From: Oligoflexales bacterium
Lineage (GTDB): Bacteria > Bdellovibrionota_B > Oligoflexia > Oligoflexales > CAIYRB01
NCBI GenBank assembly: GCA_041736175.1
Contig: JBGSUI010000148.1
Coordinates: forward strand, 63,640-127,639
DNA length: 64,000 nucleotides
Direction of reading: 5' to 3'
Shown here piece after piece: positions 58,010 to 64,000 of this stretch. A model generated the notes under the pieces. It was given only the letters and a program-made list of their open reading frames with translations. It did no database searches and was not told the DNA's origin. Position numbers and translations under genes: made by a program. The number at the start of each line of letters is the position of its first letter. Position 1 is the stretch's first letter.

Positions 58010-59293
58010 ATGGAGACATTTCCACATTTACGAAAACCCCGAGGAAATCGCCGAGTCGTCATCACAGGGGTCGGCTTGGATATCCCCCTCGGGCGAGATC
58101 TACCCCAGCTCCAAATGGCCCTTAAGGAGGGCAAAAGCGCTAGCCGCTTGATGGACGATTGGGCCAAGCCTGATTACGCTTTGGGAACTCGAATTGGCAG
58201 TCCTGTTATAGGATTCAGCGGATCGAGCGATGACCTCTGGATTGAGCGAAAAATAAGGAGATCGATGAGTCGAGTGAGTCTCCTGGCAGTGAGTGCTACC
58301 CGCAAGGCATTTGAAGACAGCCGTCTCCCCACAGAATTGATCCAATGCGACCAAACTGGTATAGCTTTTGCTTCATCTTTTGGTGGGACAAGTACCATCG
58401 AAGACTACGTTAAAGCATATGCCAAACGTCCCATTTTAACGGAGGGACTTACAGCTATGACCTACCTGAAAATTATGCCTCATACCTGTGCTGCAAATAT
58501 TGCGATGGCTTTGGGAATTCACGGACGCCTTATAGCAAGTGGGGTCGCCTGCGCCTCAAGCACCCAATCCTTAGGTTTAGCCTATGAATGGATCCGTTGG
58601 GGAATGATCGATAGGGTTGTTGCTGGGGGAGCCGATGAGCTTACGCCGACCGTAGCGGCTATCTTTGATGTCCTAGGCGTCACGTCAAAGGGCTTTCACG
58701 ATACTCCCACAAAAACTCCAAGACCATTTGACCGGGATAGGGATGGAATTGTCGTGGGTGAGGGTGCTGGTGCCATGATTCTCGAAGACCTGGATTTAGC
58801 CTTGGCCCGTGAGGCACCAATCTATGGCGAAATCGTCGGATTTTATACCAACAATGACGCCGAACATATGACGAACCCATCTGTCAAAAACCTTGTCCTT
58901 TGTATGAGGGGCGCCCTGACTGATGCTGCGATAGAACCTCATCACATCGATTATATCAACGCCCATGCCGCAGGGACCACCATTGGGGACCAAGCTGAAG
59001 CTGAGGCACTCGCAGAGGTGTTTTCGTGCCACAGGGTTGCCATTAGCTCGCTCAAAGGGCACTTGGGGCACTTGTTTGGTGCTGGCGGGATCACAGAGCT
59101 TGCGGGATCACTGGCTGCATTACAAAGCTCTACCCTATATCCAACCCTTAACCTCGACCATCCCCTAAGGACCGAGCCGAGCTTAGACTGGGTTATCGGC
59201 GCACCTCGGCGAAAAGAAGTCCGCTATATGCTCAAGAATAGCTTTGCTTTTGGTGGAGTCAATACATCTTTAATTATCAAAAGGTATTTATGA
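58010..59293 (+). CDS. Beta-ketoacyl-ACP synthase (FabF-like, aryl-polyene-cluster type)
   Basis: RRVVITG, MPHTCAAN, ACASS (catalytic Cys), PRPFDRDRDG, NAHAAGT, GHLFGAGG and NSFAFGG. Confidence 0.9.
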   Translation: METFPHLRKPRGNRRVVITGVGLDIPLGRDLPQLQMALKEGKSASRLMDDWAKPDYALGTRIGSPVIGFSGSSDDLWIERKIRRSMSRVSLLAVSATRKAFEDSRLPTELIQCDQTGIAFASSFGGTSTIEDYVKAYAKRPILTEGLTAMTYLKIMPHTCAANIAMALGIHGRLIASGVACASSTQSLGLAYEWIRWGMIDRVVAGGADELTPTVAAIFDVLGVTSKGFHDTPTKTPRPFDRDRDGIVVGEGAGAMILEDLDLALAREAPIYGEIVGFYTNNDAEHMTNPSVKNLVLCMRGALTDAAIEPHHIDYINAHAAGTTIGDQAEAEALAEVFSCHRVAISSLKGHLGHLFGAGGITELAGSLAALQSSTLYPTLNLDHPLRTEPSLDWVIGAPRRKEVRYMLKNSFAFGGVNTSLIIKRYL

Positions 59294-59392
59294 TTGCAAT
59301 CTTAATATAAACAACTCTATGATAGTGGTACCAGCACTTTTAGTTAGGCATATCATCGAACTACCAAGCTCCACCAGTTGAGGAAATTGAAA

Positions 59393-59749
59393 ATGATTCC
59401 GAGTACTAAATCCGAAGTGGGCGATGTCCGTGAACACATCAATCATCTTTTTATTGAATTGTTTCAAATCGACCCAGCCAAGCTAAAAGAAGACCAAAGG
59501 CTTGTGGAAGATCTAGGACTCGACAGCCTAGATGCGGTGGATCTAGGTCTACGGTTCCAAAAGCAGTTCCAGATCAATATATCACCCTCTGACCTTATAG
59601 GCATCAAAACCTTGGGTGATGTTTATCTATTTGTTGAGAACAAACTTCAAGGTGTTGACGGAGTTCCCCCGACTCTAGGGGAACCCTCCCGAGATCTCCC
59701 ATCAGGCCCCAAGGAAAAAGAGTCCCCCTCCCATGGCAAACGCATTTAG
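59393..59749 (+). CDS. Acyl carrier protein with short C-terminal extension
   Basis: ELFQID..EDLGLDSLDAVDL (phosphopantetheine Ser). Confidence 0.9.
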   Translation: MIPSTKSEVGDVREHINHLFIELFQIDPAKLKEDQRLVEDLGLDSLDAVDLGLRFQKQFQINISPSDLIGIKTLGDVYLFVENKLQGVDGVPPTLGEPSRDLPSGPKEKESPSHGKRI

Positions 59750-59758
59750 ATTCCTAAC

Positions 59759-60811
59759 TTATTGATAGGTTCCCGGGTCTAAGGTTTTGGAGGATTTCAG
59801 GGAGGCCCAGAGGGCGACCAGCTCAGGGGGGAGAGGGCTTTCAATTCTGATATTTTTATGGGAAATGGGATGCTGAAACTCCAGGGCAAAAGCATGGAGG
59901 CAAAGCCGGCTAAACCCGGTTTGCTGGACGACGGATGGAGTCGCACCACGGTCAAAAAACTCTAGAAACACCGCCTCATCTGGGTGATAGAGCTTGTCGC
60001 CAATCAGATGGTGGCCACTGTGGGCAGCGTGGATCCGGATCTGGTTGGTGCGCCCGGTTTTGGGCAGGGCTTTGAGCAGGCAGGCCCCCTCGGCGCGGTC
60101 TTCCACTTCAAACTTGGTTTCTGCCGGCAGGCCATCTTCGACCACCCATTTTTTAATGCGAATATCGCTAGTCGGGAGGTTGCCAATGGGACCATCAGCG
60201 GTCCAATGGTCGAGCTTTGGCAAACCGCGGCAGATGGCAAGGTATTCTTTTTTGATGCGGCGGTGTTCAAAGTCTTGGGCGAGCTTGCTGCGGCAAAAAT
60301 CAGTCCCGCCACAAAGCATGATGCCGCTGGTTTCCCGGTCGAGTCGGTGGAGGGCAGACCAGTTGCGACCCTTAAGGTCCCACAGGATCTGGGTAAGGGT
60401 GTTGCGACGGTAGGGGCCGTTTTCGTGGATAGGGAGATGGGCTGGCTTAAAGATGGCCATCACGCCGTCCTCTTCCCACAAGATCCTGACTCTGCGGTCC
60501 ACGTCGGGTTCTCGGGTCGGGGGGGCGAAGAGACCTACGGAGTCTCCCAGTTTGATGCGGCTTGAGGGTTTTAAGGGGTTGCCATTGACTTTGACCAGGC
60601 CCCTTTCGATGCGCTTTTTCCAGCCGGAGCGGGTCAAAAACCGAAAGTGGTGGGCCAGATAAAAATCCAGCCGCCATCCCTCGAAATCGCTAGTCACCGC
60701 GGGTCCTAAAGGCCTGAACTCTCCCCCAGGCATATGGGGATTGAGCGATGCATAAAGCGATAGGGGAATCGGTGGGGTCAAGCCTTCATCGTCGATGCCG
60801 GTGTCCATCAA
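59759..60811 (-). CDS. RluA-family pseudouridine synthase with S4 domain
   Basis: RLDFYL, HRLDRETSG, TGRTNQIRIH and LCLHA. Confidence 0.93.
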   Translation of the reverse strand: MMDTGIDDEGLTPPIPLSLYASLNPHMPGGEFRPLGPAVTSDFEGWRLDFYLAHHFRFLTRSGWKKRIERGLVKVNGNPLKPSSRIKLGDSVGLFAPPTREPDVDRRVRILWEEDGVMAIFKPAHLPIHENGPYRRNTLTQILWDLKGRNWSALHRLDRETSGIMLCGGTDFCRSKLAQDFEHRRIKKEYLAICRGLPKLDHWTADGPIGNLPTSDIRIKKWVVEDGLPAETKFEVEDRAEGACLLKALPKTGRTNQIRIHAAHSGHHLIGDKLYHPDEAVFLEFFDRGATPSVVQQTGFSRLCLHAFALEFQHPISHKNIRIESPLPPELVALWASLKSSKTLDPGTYQ

Positions 60812-60965
60812 AAAATCGTTGCTAATGGGGTCGTGTCCTTTCTGGGGCCAACCGCTGAGGCCTGTTAAAAAATCGAAACGATTCCATTATGCTTGAGCGG
60901 AGCCTGTATGGTATAGCCCTATGTGCAAAAGCATCGCGAAAAGGCTTTTTCCACGAGGTTTCTCC

Positions 60966-61421
60966 ATGGCTATTAAAGTTATCACCACCCATCGCCGGGC
61001 CTATCATGAGTACTCCATCACAGACCGTTTTGAGGCAGGAATCGTCATGACAGGGACCGAGGTTAAAGCTGCAAGGATGGGAAAAGTCAACCTCAATGAA
61101 AGTTGGGTAGACTTTGATGAGAGGGGCGAGGCGTACCTCCGGGACGCCCATATCAGCAAGTATAGCCATGGGTCTTATTCCAATCATCCAGAAACTCGCG
61201 CCCGTAAACTCCTACTCCATCACCAGGAGCTGGAAAAACTCCAGGAGCGGGTCCAGCAAAAAGGGATGACGATCATCCCCTTAAGGATTTACTTTAAGGA
61301 TCAATGGATCAAGGTCGAGATCGGGGTGGCAAAGGGTAAAAAGCTCCACGACAAAAGGGAAGATACCCAAAAGAAGGAAGCCAATCGGGCGATCGAGCGG
61401 GCCATGCGGTCCCGCAAGTAA
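60966..61421 (+). CDS. smpB: SsrA-binding protein
   Basis: EAGIVMTGTEVK, RARKLLLH and KGKKLHDKR. Confidence 0.96.
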   Translation: MAIKVITTHRRAYHEYSITDRFEAGIVMTGTEVKAARMGKVNLNESWVDFDERGEAYLRDAHISKYSHGSYSNHPETRARKLLLHHQELEKLQERVQQKGMTIIPLRIYFKDQWIKVEIGVAKGKKLHDKREDTQKKEANRAIERAMRSRK

Positions 61422-61437
61422 GCACCCCGCTGTGGAC

Positions 61438-62265
61438 TTACTCAGTTGGACTCCAGGGCCCAGGCATCAACCTCGTCTTGATATTGGACTGGGCCGCGAG
61501 AAGGGATTCCCCAATCTGTGGGTCCCGCTCCTCCATCTGGACAAGCCACCTTTTAAGCTCCTGGCGCTTGAGATTGTCCTGGGATCCACAGAGGTTACAG
61601 GGAATCAGGGGGATCTTCCAGGACTCTGCAAAATACCGGGTGTCTTTTTCGGGGACAAAGACCAAGGGCCTAATCACAATATTTTTGCCATCCTCTGCGT
61701 GGAGCTTGGGGGGCATGCTGGAGAGGCTGCCATTATAAAAGGCATTCAGCAGGAGGGTGACGTTGATATCGTCCCGGTGGTGGCCAAGGGCGATCTTGGT
61801 AAACCCATGGGTGATGGCGTAGTTATATAGGATCCCTCGCCTCAACCGGGAACAGAGACCACAGTAGGTCTTGCCCGGTGCGGTTTTTTCTTTGACGATG
61901 GCGTAGGTGTCTTGTTCGATCACCTGGAGGGGGTGGCCTAGGGATTCAATCCAGGATTTAAAGGCACCCAGTTGAAATCCAGGCTGCTTTTGGTCCAGGA
62001 GGACGGGCTCTACGACAAATGGATAGGGCGAGCGCCGCTGGATGTCCAGGAGGACCGCATAGAGCACGGCGGAGTCCTTGCCCCCGGATACCCCGACCAT
62101 GATCTTGTCATGGGCTTCGATGAGCTGGTAATTGGCCACGGCTTTGGTGATTGCCTTACGGAGCTTGAGGTAGCGGGAGTCTCGGTCCCAGTCTTCGAAA
62201 CAAAGGGTAGGGGTTATAGGGGGTGCAGCGTCCAAGGGGGGGCTTTCTATGTTAGGGTGCATCAT
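61438..62265 (-). CDS. ttcA: tRNA 2-thiocytidine(32) synthetase
   Basis: SGGKDS, DQKQPGF, CGLCSRLRRG, LGHHRDD and PCNLCGSQ. Confidence 0.95.
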   Translation of the reverse strand: MMHPNIESPPLDAAPPITPTLCFEDWDRDSRYLKLRKAITKAVANYQLIEAHDKIMVGVSGGKDSAVLYAVLLDIQRRSPYPFVVEPVLLDQKQPGFQLGAFKSWIESLGHPLQVIEQDTYAIVKEKTAPGKTYCGLCSRLRRGILYNYAITHGFTKIALGHHRDDINVTLLLNAFYNGSLSSMPPKLHAEDGKNIVIRPLVFVPEKDTRYFAESWKIPLIPCNLCGSQDNLKRQELKRWLVQMEERDPQIGESLLAAQSNIKTRLMPGPWSPTE

Positions 62266-62470
62266 GCCGCTCCGTGCGGTAGAGCTTGCAGCAGGTTCCC
62301 CTGCTCAGATTCGCTGAGCCTTCTTACGAAAAATCGCCGTCTAAGGAAAGTGGAAATTTGATATGCGTTATTTGTAAACTTGGAACGACTGAGGCCGGTT
62401 TGCATTATAAGGCCAGAAAAAATCCGACCTCGGGACCATTAATAGGACCCACTGAGCGGCCTTTTATTGT

Positions 62471-64000
62471 TTAGTTGCTTGGAAGGCGAAATACGCATCG
62501 AAACCCGATAAGCAAATGTGTTAGCGAGGGAGAGGGGGACATGTTAATCGCAAAAATACCAGCACTTGTACCGTCATAGGAGTTCGACCCTCGAATTACC
62601 CCTCCTCCGCTAGCCTGATTTCCTCCGTAGTATTGGCCAATACCTTTTGCTGATGTATTCCATGTGTTGTCCCACCAGCTTTTGACAGCATTGGTAGGGA
62701 CAAGGTCCGTGATTGGCATCGAGGTAGAACCAGTGACAGCTGTGTACTCATTCCAAGCTGCATTTGCAGGGGTCGGCTTATCTTCGTAGTTGGCATAGTC
62801 TACCCAATCGTGAACATTACCAGCTAGATCCCAGACCACGTTGCCATTGGAAAGGACATGGGTACGTCGCTGGTTATTCCAGACAGTAGAGGAGCAAGTT
62901 TGTTCAGTGCCAACGCAGGCGTTGTTATCATCAGCATCTGCTGCCAATGCCGTTGACGGAGAGTAGTCGCTATGTCCTCGGTTAAGTGCACCACTTCCTA
63001 CAGATCCGCCACTCCAGTTGGTGCCAACCGCTGCGATGTTTGTTGCTAGTGTCATCCATTCTGCATTATTGATTAAAGCATAGCCAGGTCCTAGATTTCG
63101 GCACGAAGCTCGCGCGGAGTCCTGGCTAAAAATACCTCGTGCCGGCAAGCCTAAAGCTTGGGATATAGCACCCTTTATGCCAAATTTAGCTTCGTATTTC
63201 ATCACACAAAAATCAGTGGTTCCATAATCCAAATCGCCGGGAACTAGTATATATCCTGTAGGACATCCTGAGCTGGGCGTTGGTGCCGCACCACCGCCTG
63301 TACCGTAGGATCTGTTTGCCCAACTAAGCGTGCCGGTACCGTTTGTCGTCAGTACATGGCCGCTTGTGCCATCTGCGGCAGGTAGGGTCCAAACTATGTC
63401 CGCGCTCACCGTGGCAGGTGCTTTAAGACCAACATAGTTAGAGCTGTCTCCATCGTTGAAGCGTAAATGAGTCGAAGAGCCTCCGCTGGCTTTGACAACA
63501 AAATGCCCCGTCGAGGTCACCATACCCGTGGTATCAATCCCGCCAGAACCTGAAAAGATGGTCGTGCCTGCAATCGTGCCCGAGGTGATCGCTGAACCAG
63601 AAACCTTTCCAGCAGTTGTAATCGAAGCGAGTTTAGTGTCAGCGATGGCTGCCGAGGCGTTGATATCGGCATTGACGATAGTGTCGTTAGTGATTTCAGG
63701 ACTGCCTACCGCACTTAAAGTGGCAAGAGATCCTAGGCCGTGACTTGCAATGGAAGTTACCGCTCCTGAAAGTTTAGAGGTGGCGATGGCAGCTGAGGTA
63801 TTGATATCAGCGTCCATGATGGAGTCGTTGGAGATCTCCGTGCTGCCAACAGTACTCAGCGTGGCCAAGGATCCTAAACCTATAGTGGCTCGTTGGGCCG
63901 TGGCGTCCGGATCGTCGATCAGAGCTTTACCGGCGGCAGAAAGAGTATAGGTCGACCATGTGTTTGCCCCGGTTCGCTCGACGCCACCGGTGGTGGCGAT
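62471..64000 (-). CDS. Phage-tail-fibre-like adhesin with C-terminal FGE-sulfatase/C-type-lectin-fold domain (5' end off the window)
   Basis: The frame is open to the window edge (LSAAGKALIDDPDATAQRATIGLGSLAT). It has repeats I..ADIN.SAAIA..KL and the module TLPAADGTSGHVLTTNGTGTLSW, then CPTGY, FCVMKYEAK, DLAGNV.DW and IGFRC. Confidence 0.8.
   Translation of the reverse strand: MATTGGVERTGANTWSTYTLSAAGKALIDDPDATAQRATIGLGSLATLSTVGSTEISNDSIMDADINTSAAIATSKLSGAVTSIASHGLGSLATLSAVGSPEITNDTIVNADINASAAIADTKLASITTAGKVSGSAITSGTIAGTTIFSGSGGIDTTGMVTSTGHFVVKASGGSSTHLRFNDGDSSNYVGLKAPATVSADIVWTLPAADGTSGHVLTTNGTGTLSWANRSYGTGGGAAPTPSSGCPTGYILVPGDLDYGTTDFCVMKYEAKFGIKGAISQALGLPARGIFSQDSARASCRNLGPGYALINNAEWMTLATNIAAVGTNWSGGSVGSGALNRGHSDYSPSTALAADADDNNACVGTEQTCSSTVWNNQRRTHVLSNGNVVWDLAGNVHDWVDYANYEDKPTPANAAWNEYTAVTGSTSMPITDLVPTNAVKSWWDNTWNTSAKGIGQYYGGNQASGGGVIRGSNSYDGTSAGIFAINMSPSPSLTHLLIGFRCVFRLPSN

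Noticed and set aside
60822..61437. tmRNA or tRNA near smpB
   Set aside because: Flanking intergenic segments are too short and show no tRNA-like ends.
62471..62620. Diversity-generating retroelement at the CLec-type C-terminus
   Set aside because: No template repeat and no reverse transcriptase are visible in this window; only the fold type is suggestive.

Overview
Bacterial chromosomal window, most likely from a Bdellovibrionota (Oligoflexia-like) genome. That placement is inferred from a TIGR02147/DUF4423-type regulator, 7TM-PP2C sensors, Cys-rich pilin-like proteins, a phage-tail-like fibre protein and many lipoprotein proteases. Housekeeping genes are modABC, a DEDDh exonuclease, GAF/HD-GYP, aat, SUI1/yciH, a DEAD helicase, rpsU, fahA, a UbiB kinase, amn, an NtrY/NtrX-like system, trmH-like, RluA-family, smpB and ttcA. 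They alternate with accessory blocks. The most notable block is a co-oriented, visibly more AT-rich ~10.7-kb cluster (48995-59749). It couples four paralogous Cys-rich type IV pilin-like proteins to a membrane acyltransferase-like protein, a duplicated membrane spermidine-synthase-like pair with an altered active-site motif, a GspN-like protein and an aryl-polyene-type ketosynthase plus ACP. This is a candidate fibre-assembly and chemical-modification system. Unannotated structure seen in the DNA: a diverged 115-bp copy of the ABC substrate-binding gene's 3' end flanking a metallopeptidase cassette; two inverted HNH-endonuclease relics; an fdhD relic; a frameshifted lipoprotein gene; a stand-alone secretin N0 domain; recurrent sigma28-like and sigma54-like promoter motifs; and many short in-frame tandem duplications. 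No rRNA, tRNA, CRISPR array, integrase or transposase was recognised. All family assignments come from motif recognition by eye, not from database searches.
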